Shown here piece after piece: positions 35,666-45,913 of a DNA stretch of 52,211 nt. The notes beneath the pieces were generated by a model. It was given only the letters and a program-made list of their open reading frames with translations, made no database searches and was not told the origin of the DNA. A program made the position numbers and the translations under genes. This DNA is from a virus. Taxonomy: Duplodnaviria; Caudoviricetes. Position 1 is the first letter of the stretch. Every line of letters begins with the position of its first letter. Where the stretch lies: the IMG/VR virus record IMGVR_UViG_3300033149_003773, positions 1 to 52,211 of that record; one strand, 5' to 3'.

Positions 35666-37132
35666 TTAAAATTTATTGAGATAAGGTCCGTAATAGGACA
35701 TAAGCTGGAGACAGAAAATTTGAGTACTACCATATGGTATTCCATAGATTTTACCATTGGGTGCAAGGACGCCACCATTCCATTTATTATCTCCAGATAG
35801 ACTTCCAAACAAAGTTAGTTGTTGCGTTTCAGGGTCTATCTCTAAAACTTGGGTACTAAAACATGGTACTCCATAAATTTTTCCGTTTGGTGCTAATACT
35901 CCACCAAGCCATTTAACTGCATCGGAAGATAAACTTCCAAATAAAGTTGTAGATTGTGTCTCGGGGTTAATTTCTAATACCTGCGTGCTATTTCGTGGTA
36001 TTCCATAGATTTTGCCGTTGGGAGCGAGAACACCACCCCACCATTTACCACCTCCGGGCAAACTACCAAATAAAGTTAGCTCATGCGTTTCGGGATTGAT
36101 TTCTAAAACTTGCGCGCTACTATATGGTATTGCATATATCTTTCCGTTAGATGCTAAGACTCCACCTGTCCATTTAGCTACATCAGAAGATAGATTACCA
36201 AACAAAGTTAGTTCGTGTGTCTCTGGGTCTATTTCCAAAACTTGTTCACTATTATACGGCATTCCGAAAATTTTTCCATTAGGTGCAAGAACACCTCCGC
36301 ACCATTTATAATCTCCGTCGAGATTTCCAAACAAAGTTGTATTTTGCGTCTCGGGGTCGATCTCTAACACCTGCGTGCTACTATGCGGTATTGCGTATAT
36401 CTTACCGTTGGGAGCGAGAACACCACCACGCCATTTACCCGTTCCAGTTAGGCTTCCAAACAAAGTTACATTTTGTGTCTCTGGGTCTATTTCCAGTACC
36501 TGCGTGCTGTTATTTGGTATAGCATAAATTTTGCCGTTGGGAGCGAGGACGCCACCTGCCCACTTAAGTGCTCCACTCAAATTTTCAAACAGACTAACAA
36601 ACTTCATCGTTGGGTCGGTATCGAGAATGTTAATGCTTTTTGCTCGTATTTCGTTAGCATGCTTTCCGTCTAACATATCGGCGTTAAGCCCTTCTACGAG
36701 CTTACCCCGCGCGTTCGTTCCGAGAGAGAACGGCGCGTCTGGAGTATCTATTGTGTGCTGTGCTGTTATGGTTGTCGGTGTATCTTTCTTTACCATGGCA
36801 TTATCCAAACCATCTATGCTATTTTGTAAAGCATTGATGTCTTCTGCATCAACGTAGTCTCCTTTTGTTTTATAAGTAGCATACAACTCAACACCATCAT
36901 ATGTGGGTGAAAAAGTTACAGTATTGTATGTTTTAAAAAAGTTATCATAGTCACCAATAGTATAGTCTGTTCCCTCTATCAACTGAGTGCCCGTCTTACC
37001 TGCCTGTGTCCATATCTCTAAATCAAAAAAGTTATCATGTGCAAGATGTTGAGGTGCAGTAGAACCATAAATAATTTCGTCAGTTACTTGCGTTCCTGAC
37101 TCATTGTAGTTAAATTTATCCACAAAGATCAC
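35666..37132 (-). CDS. tail fibre / receptor-binding protein with 7-bladed beta-propeller
   Basis: LNADMLDGKHA fibre motif, then seven 43-44 aa repeats KWxGGVLAPNGKIYxIPxxSxQVLEIDPET. Confidence 0.75.
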   Translation of the reverse strand: MIFVDKFNYNESGTQVTDEIIYGSTAPQHLAHDNFFDLEIWTQAGKTGTQLIEGTDYTIGDYDNFFKTYNTVTFSPTYDGVELYATYKTKGDYVDAEDINALQNSIDGLDNAMVKKDTPTTITAQHTIDTPDAPFSLGTNARGKLVEGLNADMLDGKHANEIRAKSINILDTDPTMKFVSLFENLSGALKWAGGVLAPNGKIYAIPNNSTQVLEIDPETQNVTLFGSLTGTGKWRGGVLAPNGKIYAIPHSSTQVLEIDPETQNTTLFGNLDGDYKWCGGVLAPNGKIFGMPYNSEQVLEIDPETHELTLFGNLSSDVAKWTGGVLASNGKIYAIPYSSAQVLEINPETHELTLFGSLPGGGKWWGGVLAPNGKIYGIPRNSTQVLEINPETQSTTLFGSLSSDAVKWLGGVLAPNGKIYGVPCFSTQVLEIDPETQQLTLFGSLSGDNKWNGGVLAPNGKIYGIPYGSTQIFCLQLMSYYGPYLNKF

Positions 37133-37461
37133 CTCACGTCAGGCAATACTTTTACCAATTCCCTCTGACAAATTGTATCACCTTGGTAGGTATAGTAGAA
37201 AGCAATATAGTAGGCTTTAGGACAGTCAACCATAGTCTTATCTGCATAAAACCTTACATAGTAAATGCCTGTTTCACCAGAATCAATCACATCTAATTGC
37301 ATTACTTGTTGTGGCTTAGATTCTGCTGTCTCAAGCCATGCTTCGTAAGTATCGGGAGTTATATTAAGGTAGGAATCGTCAATCTGAAGTTCTTGGCATT
37401 CGTATTTTAAGTATATTGTTGAACCCCATTCGACAGCTATCCCGCTTACCATTAGAATCAC
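37129..37461 (-). CDS. hypothetical tail-associated protein
   Basis: GTGA-coupled; ETGIYYV motif similar to 50752..51051. Confidence 0.55.
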   Translation of the reverse strand: MILMVSGIAVEWGSTIYLKYECQELQIDDSYLNITPDTYEAWLETAESKPQQVMQLDVIDSGETGIYYVRFYADKTMVDCPKAYYIAFYYTYQGDTICQRELVKVLPDVR

Positions 37462-38054
37462 CTCAACTTTCTAAACTCATCAACAATTGATCTTAATTTA
37501 TCAAGTCCTTTTACATCTGTAAGTATTTTATCCAACTCATCAACAATAGTTCTATAACAAAGCAACTTCTGTAAGGTAGTCATCAAACTAAGAAGGTCTG
37601 TGGTTTCTGTCTTGCCTATGCTTAAAGCAGGATTCTGTGCAATATCACTTTTCATACTTTCTATTACCCTTATCGCTAAATTTACGCTTCCATATAATGA
37701 ATCAACAACTTCTGTGATGTGTTCAAATATTTCTCTGCTTCCAATCAATATACCAGATACAGTTGTCAATAGCTCACTCACACCTATCAAAAGCTTCTGG
37801 GTTAATCTTGCTTCTTCTGTCAAACCAACTCTATTAGTAGGATTTATAGCAATCAGCTTATCAATTCCAACATTTATATTATCACAAAGCTCTATCTGCT
37901 CATAAATAGCAACATAAGATTTCTGCATTAACACATAGAGATCACTATAACCACTAATAACTTTACTGTTGCTGGAATATGTTTTAGGAGTACCTGCGAG
38001 TCGTAGGTATATATCACCCGAACCGTAAACTCTATCAAGGTATCTATAAATCAC
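37458..38054 (-). CDS. hypothetical protein
   Basis: 198 aa in the late operon. Confidence 0.55.
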   Translation of the reverse strand: MIYRYLDRVYGSGDIYLRLAGTPKTYSSNSKVISGYSDLYVLMQKSYVAIYEQIELCDNINVGIDKLIAINPTNRVGLTEEARLTQKLLIGVSELLTTVSGILIGSREIFEHITEVVDSLYGSVNLAIRVIESMKSDIAQNPALSIGKTETTDLLSLMTTLQKLLCYRTIVDELDKILTDVKGLDKLRSIVDEFRKLR

Positions 38055-38067
38055 ACAGAATCACCTA

Positions 38068-38688
38068 TTAGGCATTAGTTGAAAACTCATACACGGTTGT
38101 TGAAATGTAAGTGTCATGGAAGTTGTTCCTTTCTGTTCCTTGTGGTATTATCACTTTTACCCAGAACGGGATTGTAGAACCATCAGTTAAATCCCCTAAA
38201 TCGAGAGGTGGTGCTTGATATGTGCCAGGTGAACCTGAATCATCAGGTGCTACTTGATACCATGTTGGATCGGCACCTAAACCGCTAACGTAATCACTAA
38301 CATTAACCGTAACATTCTTCAGATTTACACCGCTGACATTCAAATATACAACTTGCTCAAGCGTTCTGTTAGCTTCATTACTATCGTTTGCAATAGCATA
38401 CTGGTTTTCAAAAAGATACTCTCCAGCAGATATAGCAATAATGGTTTCACCAGAAGATGGAGTAAAAGTGAGATCAACAGTCCAAGTGCCATCTCCATTA
38501 TCAGTAAGTGTGTAATCTGTGGTTTCCTCTAACAATAAACCCCAGTAATATGTGTCAGAATACCTTCGTACATGATCTGGTTGTTCTGTGCAAATAAAGG
38601 AAACAGTTGATCCGTCTCCTTCAAGCTTTCCAACTTGTTGCCTTAGTCGTGTCGTCAAGCCTGCATCTTTATAAAATTGTAAAGCCAT
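38068..38688 (-). CDS. tail-associated beta-sandwich protein (QPDEVR paralog family)
   Basis: GDGSTVSF..EQPDHVR...FTPSSGE..IAISAGEYLF. Confidence 0.65.
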   Translation of the reverse strand: MALQFYKDAGLTTRLRQQVGKLEGDGSTVSFICTEQPDHVRRYSDTYYWGLLLEETTDYTLTDNGDGTWTVDLTFTPSSGETIIAISAGEYLFENQYAIANDSNEANRTLEQVVYLNVSGVNLKNVTVNVSDYVSGLGADPTWYQVAPDDSGSPGTYQAPPLDLGDLTDGSTIPFWVKVIIPQGTERNNFHDTYISTTVYEFSTNA

Positions 38689-38694
38689 TTTTTA

Positions 38695-38895
38695 TCATAC
38701 CTCCTTTGCATCGCTTTCAATTATAACACTTATTACGTAACTCTCTACATTGGTGATTTTTAATACTCGTCCATTGTCATTTATAAAATAATCCACCCCA
38801 CTATTTAATTTTATCAGTTCCGTAATTGCTTCCTTTGGATCATTAAAATGCAAAGCAATCTTTTTATCATTAACAGCAACTTGCATAACCTTCAC
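38695..38895 (-). CDS. small hypothetical protein
   Basis: Coupled ORF, 66 aa. Confidence 0.5.
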   Translation of the reverse strand: MKVMQVAVNDKKIALHFNDPKEAITELIKLNSGVDYFINDNGRVLKITNVESYVISVIIESDAKEV

Positions 38896-39323
38896 CCCAC
38901 ATCAGTATTATTAAGCAATTTATTGATAAGATTCGCAAAATCACTTTGCTCAAGTAACTGAATCATACCAGTTGCCAATACATCTATAAATGCCTCATTC
39001 TTTGGTGTAGACTCAGATAGTTGTCTATGTCCTGTTACGTCTCCTATCGCATGCAAACACTCGTGAATGATTGTATGAAGCATGCTTCTTAAATCTTGTT
39101 CTGGATTTATGTATATAGCTTTTCCGTAGTAATCACACACCCCGAGAATACGTTTAGAAGAAAAATCGTTTTCTTCGCAATGTTTAATAAATTCTTCTTT
39201 ACTAAATATGATTTTATATTTTTCACCAAAGATATTCAACATCATGTTTTTTGCGGTTTTATCCTCTTTTGAAGGTGCAATCGTTCCAAATGAAAAGACA
39301 TGTAATTCGGCTTCTGAACTCAT
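38892..39323 (-). CDS. HEXXH zinc metallopeptidase-like protein
   Basis: LGVC......IYIN...TIIHECLHAI...E. Confidence 0.75.
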   Translation of the reverse strand: MSSEAELHVFSFGTIAPSKEDKTAKNMMLNIFGEKYKIIFSKEEFIKHCEENDFSSKRILGVCDYYGKAIYINPEQDLRSMLHTIIHECLHAIGDVTGHRQLSESTPKNEAFIDVLATGMIQLLEQSDFANLINKLLNNTDVG

Positions 39324-39820
39324 GGCTTCAGCTCCCTGTACCAATATTCACGCCAAAAGATGAAGTCGAACAGGTGAAGTTTGGTTTCTTGTGGCACGTT
39401 CTCGTCTATAACTGAATTATCTGGTCTCTTCATTGATAGCCACTGAAGAACATTACCTTGACCCCAGTTATAAGACATTATAACGAGATTGGTTATACCA
39501 GCACTGTTAGTCTGCTTGAATACTCGGTAAAGGTAGCGGAGATAACGAATACCTACAAAAACGTTTTTCGCTGGGTCTAACATATCATCATAGCTAAACT
39601 TGGTATTGTATAGCCAATTAATAGTTCTTAAAGCTGGTTGGGACACTTGCATAAGCCCACGTGCATATCCACTATCCGCCAGCGGATTCCAAGCGGATTC
39701 CGTTGAAATAACAGCGAATACATCGTAAGGTTGGGGAAACGTTTTGATATGATATTTATCACTAAACTCTCTGTATTCCTTTAAGACGATTTCTTGGAGG
39801 AGACTGTTGTCTTGTTTCAT
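39320..39820 (-). CDS. lytic transglycosylase (SLT domain) endolysin
   Basis: ESAWNPLA.S, ARGLMQV, DPAKNVFVGIRYL and SYNWGQGNV; start ATG at 39820 after GGGGGAG. Confidence 0.88.
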   Translation of the reverse strand: MKQDNSLLQEIVLKEYREFSDKYHIKTFPQPYDVFAVISTESAWNPLADSGYARGLMQVSQPALRTINWLYNTKFSYDDMLDPAKNVFVGIRYLRYLYRVFKQTNSAGITNLVIMSYNWGQGNVLQWLSMKRPDNSVIDENVPQETKLHLFDFIFWREYWYRELKP

Positions 39821-40068
39821 GATAACCACTCCCCCAATTTCGCAAAAAGCACAGCAAGTACGGTGCTTGAGGTTAATATGGCAATTAGAAACTTCCAAAA
39901 AAGTCGTCCACTCCATTCGTAAAACTTCTTTTCTATCTTCTTTTCCAAGTACCCATTAAGCATATTTTTTATCTTTTCCACATTGCTTCTCGTCTCTTTG
40001 ATGTCTTCTTGCTGTCCTTTTACTATTTCTTCCAGTCGTGCTATCTTAACATCAATACTTTCTGGCAT
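39817..40068 (-). CDS. holin/XhlA-like coiled-coil membrane protein
   Basis: IARLEE coiled coil plus C-terminal TM; directly upstream of the endolysin. Confidence 0.6.
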   Translation of the reverse strand: MPESIDVKIARLEEIVKGQQEDIKETRSNVEKIKNMLNGYLEKKIEKKFYEWSGRLFWKFLIAILTSSTVLAVLFAKLGEWLS

Positions 40069-40097
40069 GCTATCACCACCTATACATTTTTTACCCC

Positions 40098-40454
40098 TTA
40101 CAAAGAAAGGTTATCTTCGTCTATCTCACACTCATTAAAACTTAAGTCTAAACTGTATGAGGGGAGATATGCTTCTTGAAATTCTGGATGTATTGAGTTT
40201 CGTATAATTTCATAGGCATCTGGTGAAAAATAAATCGCCTTGAAGTTAATAGCACCTTTTGTGGGATCGAAGTCTTCTATATTATATTTTATCAAATCGT
40301 ATATGAAACTGATATAGAAATCCATCAAGTGCTTTAATGGATACCATTTAGTTGGATGATAAATATTCGCTCTCCACGTTCCATCTTTCTTCTTAAGCTT
40401 TCTTGCCCTTATTAAGAGGTTGGTTAAGTTATCAACATTAAATGTAGTCTTCAT
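40098..40454 (-). CDS. hypothetical protein with own promoter
   Basis: TGGTATAAT extended -10 just upstream. Confidence 0.55.
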   Translation of the reverse strand: MKTTFNVDNLTNLLIRARKLKKKDGTWRANIYHPTKWYPLKHLMDFYISFIYDLIKYNIEDFDPTKGAINFKAIYFSPDAYEIIRNSIHPEFQEAYLPSYSLDLSFNECEIDEDNLSL

Positions 40455-40492
40455 ATTATCACCACTTTAATTATACCAAATGTTATGTCAAC

Positions 40493-41437
40493 TTATAACA
40501 TGCACTCGTCTTTACATATCCAATAAGCAAGGGAGAGATCAGATTTCAAAACATCTATCTTAAGGCTTTCGTCAGTATTTTGAATGTCAAGAAGTGAAGC
40601 ATCAATAGGAACTGTTGTACTAATAAAATCTGTGTCTGTATCATTATTGAGAGTTATTCTATAAAGACCATTTGAATAGCTCGTGTCCGTAACAGATGGA
40701 TAATTATCATAACTTTTATATTCAACATCGTCATAACGATAAGTGCCAGCCCTTCCACTACCAGAACCCGTTTGTTGATAACCACCTGAACGACCTACAA
40801 AAAAATATCTGGCATTAGATAAATCTATCTCATGGGTTACATCAAGATATAAATTGCTATTACAATATACTCTTATGTTGTTTGTATCGTGATCAATTTG
40901 CATTTCAAAAGTATTCCAACTACCTTTATTCCAGGTTAAAGTAGAAACCGCAAATGCCGAACCATTATCATATAATGCCAGTTTGTTATTTATTTCAAAA
41001 GATAACGCAAAAACACGTGATAAGTCTTCCGCAACAAACCCAATAAGGTTTTGCATTATATACGTCTGGTTGGGTGAATAATATCTACATTTGATATTCT
41101 TTATTTTACTTGGACTTTGAATGGCTCTATACATTGTAGCAACCCAAACACTACTGGTAGCATCTTCTCTCAGAAAGAGAGCACCACCTGAAATATAAAA
41201 ATAAGCATATGTACCTTCGCTTTCTAACCAACCATTCGATACAGCCGAACTATCACTTCTATTAAAGTTATCAACAAAATTTGAGGGGGCTGCATTATTA
41301 ATATCTGGAGAAAAACCTTCTTTTTTAGTTATAAGAAACGTCTTGGTCGAGCCAGCTTCAAATTTGTCAACATAAACCCATACTTTATCTATAACACTAC
41401 CACTATCATCATATCCTATCCAATATGGTATCGCCAT
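40493..41437 (-). CDS. ConA/LamG-like lectin-domain virion protein (DUF2341-like N-terminus)
   Basis: IPYWI...KVWVYV, FVDNFNRSDS...GW, WNTFEMQID...VYCN and YRYDDV. Confidence 0.6.
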   Translation of the reverse strand: MAIPYWIGYDDSGSVIDKVWVYVDKFEAGSTKTFLITKKEGFSPDINNAAPSNFVDNFNRSDSSAVSNGWLESEGTYAYFYISGGALFLREDATSSVWVATMYRAIQSPSKIKNIKCRYYSPNQTYIMQNLIGFVAEDLSRVFALSFEINNKLALYDNGSAFAVSTLTWNKGSWNTFEMQIDHDTNNIRVYCNSNLYLDVTHEIDLSNARYFFVGRSGGYQQTGSGSGRAGTYRYDDVEYKSYDNYPSVTDTSYSNGLYRITLNNDTDTDFISTTVPIDASLLDIQNTDESLKIDVLKSDLSLAYWICKDECML

Positions 41438-41441
41438 TTAG

Positions 41442-41711
41442 TCATTCCTCCAAGAAATCGGGTTTATCTTCAAGTATAAATAAATTGCACTTGTTTGGAA
41501 ATTGCATATATCTTTTGACCTTACCACATAATTTTCCAGTATTAAATAGATAAAGTGACCTTCCTCTTTGCGCAAGATAAATTGCAAGTGAAACGAAACC
41601 ACATATAACGGGGTGATTATTCATATCAACGACAATGCGATCTTCGGTACCGCTTTCTTTAATGCTACACCACAAATCCCAAAACTTGCCATTATATTCA
41701 AAAAGTGGCAC
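41442..41711 (-). CDS. hypothetical protein
   Basis: AAGGAG RBS before the GTG at 41711. Confidence 0.5.
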   Translation of the reverse strand: MPLFEYNGKFWDLWCSIKESGTEDRIVVDMNNHPVICGFVSLAIYLAQRGRSLYLFNTGKLCGKVKRYMQFPNKCNLFILEDKPDFLEE

Positions 41712-41715
41712 ATTA

Positions 41716-42282
41716 TCACTCCTTGAACAAATATGTATACTGCAAACGTATTGCCACATTTCGCAACGTTATAGGATTACTACCAGCAGTAGCTTTTACA
41801 TAAACCGTCACTTCTGAAGACGGATCAATGTCTCCTACCACGAGTGTTTCTGAAAAAGTTACATTATCCGTGGAGAATGTCAGCATAGAACCATCAGAAC
41901 CAGAATAATCAAATATTTCATACCCAGATAATGTTGCACTTTGTGCAACGAGTGTGCTTGACTCGTTCACAACTCTTATGGTTTCAACCATATCGTTGTT
42001 AACTGGTAGGGGATTATTGTTAAATAGCCAAGTGCTTCCCGCAAAGCATACTACCAAGTCCGTTTGTGATGTACCTAAATGCACTTCTTCATTTATGTCG
42101 TCCCATTCCCATTCATCTGGATCAAGTGTGCCATCTGTGTTTAGTGTAAGTAAAACTCCATTTGGATAGACTGGACTATATATCCGAACCTCATTTGGCT
42201 GTTCTTCACACGGAATTGTATCTCCAACCCCGCTACCAACAACATACTTTAACGTTGTATCGCTTTTGAAAAGTTTTACCAT
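41716..42282 (-). CDS. tail-associated beta-sandwich protein (QPDEVR paralog family)
   Basis: EEQPNEVRIY...PNG...FAGSTWLF; AGGAGG RBS. Confidence 0.65.
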   Translation of the reverse strand: MVKLFKSDTTLKYVVGSGVGDTIPCEEQPNEVRIYSPVYPNGVLLTLNTDGTLDPDEWEWDDINEEVHLGTSQTDLVVCFAGSTWLFNNNPLPVNNDMVETIRVVNESSTLVAQSATLSGYEIFDYSGSDGSMLTFSTDNVTFSETLVVGDIDPSSEVTVYVKATAGSNPITLRNVAIRLQYTYLFKE

Positions 42283-42295
42283 CGTCCCAACCTCC

Positions 42296-44374
42296 TTAGA
42301 ACGGACATGTTGTATCAATAACTACATAGTAGTGCATCTGGAATGTTCTACCAATGTCTTCCTGGGCAAATGTCAATTTGCCCGTGCTGGTTTCAACATG
42401 TACCTGTCCTGATGTAGGAGTACCTCCTGTTATCAATTCGGCATCAACACCTGCACCAACTTGCTCTGGATCATCGAACGTTGCTTTTGCTAAGAACGTG
42501 TCCAATTCCCAAAAATTAGCATTAGCACTTTCTGGAACATAATACGAATAAGTGCCATCACCGTTATCTATCAGATTACTTAGTACCAATGCAATATCTA
42601 TATAGTGATACTCCCAAAAACGCAAGTCAAATACACGCTTAACTTCAACTTCTGACAACGAATCTTTGACTATACCCTCTACCACTGTGAAGTAGAAATA
42701 CTCATTCTCTACAAAACCACCTTCTGTAAAGTCAAAATTTAATTCCACTCCATCTTCAATTTCAATACTTGTGCTATCTATAAGTCTGCTATTCTGTTCG
42801 TCAAAATCAACCCAACTCGAGCCATCCCAGCCATACCAATGTGGAGACGTTAAATCACCGTTTTGAGTTAATAATTGCAAATCGGTTGCATTGTATGGTG
42901 TAAGAACCTTTTGTGGATATTTATAAGCAATATTAGACCAAAATAGTGGTCCTAAATATTCTTCTGGAAGATTGTAAATTGGAGTAGTTCCATCTAAATG
43001 AAAAGCAGAATAAGTACCATCACCATTGTCAACCGCTATGTAAGTATAGTTACATCTCGCATTAGGAACATTTACAAGTTCAGTCAAAAGTTGTTTATCA
43101 CGTTTACTACCACCAAACCAAACATTTCCATCTATATCAAACTGCAAATAAGTGAAGCTTACTAACCCAGTCAAGTCAAAGGTTGTTGTCTCGTGTGATA
43201 AATCATCATAAATAATCCATTGTTCATCTTCACCAAATAGATAGCATACATCTTGATCTGGGTGCGCAACAAGCAAGACCTCAGACCCTTGTGCTATACT
43301 TGTTTCTGCTATTTGTGTGGTAGTTGTATCGAGGTCAAGCACATGAATCCTATACGGATCACTATCCTCAAGCACTATTATCCTGTCATTAAACCATGTA
43401 ACCTGTTTAACGTCAAAAGGCATCTCGACTTCCAGTATCTTCTCTGGCTCAAACTCAAAATATGACTCAAAAGCAACTATGGTCTTTTTATCAGGTCGTA
43501 ATGCCAAAAAGACATATACATCTTTCGTTTCTGGATTTCTTCTTCTCGATTCTGCCCAAATAGCATTGCTATCAAGGTAAAAGAGAGGAGTAGGTTTATA
43601 TCTCTCGATGGGATCATTAAATTCAAATGTAGTTGTATAACAACGTATAGTATTAGCATCCTGAAAATAGATAGGGATTGCCTCAGAATACAAACTCGTT
43701 GCATCAACTAACGCATAATTTTCATGCCCCCACCAATTTGAATCAGGTTCTGGGGGTGTTTCTCTAATACTAATCGGCAACTTAGTCCAAACGAATTTTG
43801 CTTCACCTAAACCTCCAGATTGTGTTATCTTAATCAAATAATGCAAAGCCCTACTCGAGTATTTATTCTCGTTATAAGTCCAGCCAGAAAGCAAGTTTAT
43901 ACTTATCTTAGCAAGTGATTGTCCAATTTCTTCGGTATTATACGATAGAAACTCCTTTGTTGTTATGGGAATCGTAGTTGTATTAAAAACGCTCGAAACT
44001 GATTTCTCATTTATTTCCTCAGATGGGAAATAAATTGCATAAAGCGCATACTCAACATCTGAAGGGGTTAGTCCCATTGCATACAAAAAAGGCATTACAC
44101 AATTAACAATAATATTATCCTCGTTAATGCTTTTGGAATATATTATACGTGCTGGATTACAAGAGACAGTAACTCTTGTTTCCGTAAACCAAAATGGTTG
44201 GTAGTACGGATTCCACCATGCGGGGAAATAAATAGGAGTAAAATTCAAAACGTCTGTTCTTTTTGGCATAAATAAAAAGAAACAACGAGGCATTAAGTAA
44301 CCAGCAACTCTCTTATTTATAAAAGTCATTTTGAAAGTTAACATTTTATAACAATTTTCTGGTGTTAGTTGCAT
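42296..44374 (-). CDS. large tail-associated protein (propeller-like central region)
   Basis: 692 aa, acidic and beta-rich. Confidence 0.6.
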   Translation of the reverse strand: MQLTPENCYKMLTFKMTFINKRVAGYLMPRCFFLFMPKRTDVLNFTPIYFPAWWNPYYQPFWFTETRVTVSCNPARIIYSKSINEDNIIVNCVMPFLYAMGLTPSDVEYALYAIYFPSEEINEKSVSSVFNTTTIPITTKEFLSYNTEEIGQSLAKISINLLSGWTYNENKYSSRALHYLIKITQSGGLGEAKFVWTKLPISIRETPPEPDSNWWGHENYALVDATSLYSEAIPIYFQDANTIRCYTTTFEFNDPIERYKPTPLFYLDSNAIWAESRRRNPETKDVYVFLALRPDKKTIVAFESYFEFEPEKILEVEMPFDVKQVTWFNDRIIVLEDSDPYRIHVLDLDTTTTQIAETSIAQGSEVLLVAHPDQDVCYLFGEDEQWIIYDDLSHETTTFDLTGLVSFTYLQFDIDGNVWFGGSKRDKQLLTELVNVPNARCNYTYIAVDNGDGTYSAFHLDGTTPIYNLPEEYLGPLFWSNIAYKYPQKVLTPYNATDLQLLTQNGDLTSPHWYGWDGSSWVDFDEQNSRLIDSTSIEIEDGVELNFDFTEGGFVENEYFYFTVVEGIVKDSLSEVEVKRVFDLRFWEYHYIDIALVLSNLIDNGDGTYSYYVPESANANFWELDTFLAKATFDDPEQVGAGVDAELITGGTPTSGQVHVETSTGKLTFAQEDIGRTFQMHYYVVIDTTCPF

Positions 44375-44375
44375 A

Positions 44376-44843
44376 TCACCACTCCATTTTTATAGAATAT
44401 CTAATAACGTAAGTATCAGAAGCAGTTAATGAAATAGGTGGATCTATTCTTGATATAGCAAGTGGTTCTTCAGGGTAAGAAAAAAAATACCATTCAAGAT
44501 ATACTCCATAAATGTCTATAGGACCTACTTGAGTATCTGTTGTTAAGATCAAACTCTTTTCCACTTTTTTATCGATGCGAATTGGTGCAAAACGTCCAAT
44601 ATAAAGGTCTTTAGAAATATCATCACTATCAGTGGCATAATATATGTTTCTAAATGTATCATCATCTATTTCGTAACGGTACACCCAAACATCTGCCTTT
44701 GTATAAATGGCTTCATCAGCATAAAATCTACTATTACCAAACGTTATCGTTTTTGCCCCACGTATAATCATATTCTTACACTTATACACACGCTCTCTCT
44801 CAGTATCTGGATTAACTATAATTTCATATTCACCCTTAAACAT
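44376..44843 (-). CDS. tail-associated protein
   Basis: MFKGEYEI...KNMI N-terminus and PISLTASDTYVIRYSI C-terminus, typical of phage tail-collar-like domains. Confidence 0.55.
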   Translation of the reverse strand: MFKGEYEIIVNPDTERERVYKCKNMIIRGAKTITFGNSRFYADEAIYTKADVWVYRYEIDDDTFRNIYYATDSDDISKDLYIGRFAPIRIDKKVEKSLILTTDTQVGPIDIYGVYLEWYFFSYPEEPLAISRIDPPISLTASDTYVIRYSIKMEW

Positions 44844-45105
44844 ATTGCCACTCTCCTATTACAGAGGGACTATCAAAAGCCATGGTATCCTCACTCGTTC
44901 CTAACACGGGCGTTCTTTGTAATGCTTGCGGTGCAAAAAATATTGATGTCGGTGTAAGTGAAAAAACATCTTCAAATCTTAAAATATTCAACTTGTATTT
45001 CGTAACACTAAACTTTTCAGGTTGCCTAATAGATGCAAAAAAACTCAATTGGTCTTCGAGTGGTTGTCCACAGAAAAATAGTAACCTGAAAATGTTCATT
45101 TCCAT
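44836..45105 (-). CDS. hypothetical protein
   Basis: Coupled ORF. Confidence 0.5.
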   Translation of the reverse strand: MEMNIFRLLFFCGQPLEDQLSFFASIRQPEKFSVTKYKLNILRFEDVFSLTPTSIFFAPQALQRTPVLGTSEDTMAFDSPSVIGEWQYV

Positions 45106-45107
45106 AA

Positions 45108-45653
45108 CTAATTATCCCTCGCTTTACTGCAAGTTACCTTCACCCACAAATCACGATAATTTCCAAATGTCTCACTACCAAGATAGACACGCATTTTTAT
45201 AATATGCTGTGTGTCTTTCGGTATTTCATTCACGGTGTAAGGAAAATCATACTCTCCATTTGAATCATACCATTTTATAGTTGGAGTAAGATAGTTGGGT
45301 CCAACTATTTCAACTGTAACATCTAATAGTCTATATTCTGGATCATGAATAACGATACCACTTTCGAGCTTATCATAACCCTCAACATTGGTTATCATGA
45401 ACAAAGAGTCGAATATGTATCCACCAGAAGACATTGCAACGTATATTTCTCCACTCTGTGGCTCGGCTGGTAGAGTAAGCGTTTTTGTGTTGACATCATA
45501 CGTCCACCCCTCAACAATTTCTCCGTTAGGATGACTTATGTCAAACAACCTTACTTCATATGGGGGTTCTTCCACAATTGCTGTGTTGCCAGATGTTATT
45601 TCTGCTAAAACACGTTTTAGCTCACTTCCAGTAACCAAATCTTTTACAGTCAT
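45108..45653 (-). CDS. tail-associated beta-sandwich protein (QPDEVR paralog family)
   Basis: EEPPYEVRLF...PNG...PQSGEIYVAMSSGGYIF. Confidence 0.65.
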   Translation of the reverse strand: MTVKDLVTGSELKRVLAEITSGNTAIVEEPPYEVRLFDISHPNGEIVEGWTYDVNTKTLTLPAEPQSGEIYVAMSSGGYIFDSLFMITNVEGYDKLESGIVIHDPEYRLLDVTVEIVGPNYLTPTIKWYDSNGEYDFPYTVNEIPKDTQHIIKMRVYLGSETFGNYRDLWVKVTCSKARDN

Positions 45654-45913
45654 GTCAATTCCTCCAAATAGCCATAAATCTCAGCTTTTCCAGTGTTAGT
45701 TATAGCTATCGTTGTTGAACGAGAGGAAAAAATCTTTCTAATACCAACAGTATCTACGTATTCACTAAATGACCCCATTATATCGTTTCCAATCAATGAT
45801 ACAAAATTCACTTTAGTGAGTTTACTCGAATTGAGCTTTATAACGTAAAGCTTATCGAGCTCAATATCAAATTTCTTTTCCTGATACGGTTTCAATTCAA
45901 TATCATTCCTCAT
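45650..45913 (-). CDS. hypothetical protein
   Basis: Coupled ORF. Confidence 0.55.
   Translation of the reverse strand: MRNDIELKPYQEKKFDIELDKLYVIKLNSSKLTKVNFVSLIGNDIMGSFSEYVDTVGIRKIFSSRSTTIAITNTGKAEIYGYLEELT

Noticed and set aside
35666-36600. Diversity-generating retroelement TR/VR pair
   Set aside because: Repeats are in-frame propeller blades with differences not limited to adenines, and there is no reverse transcriptase
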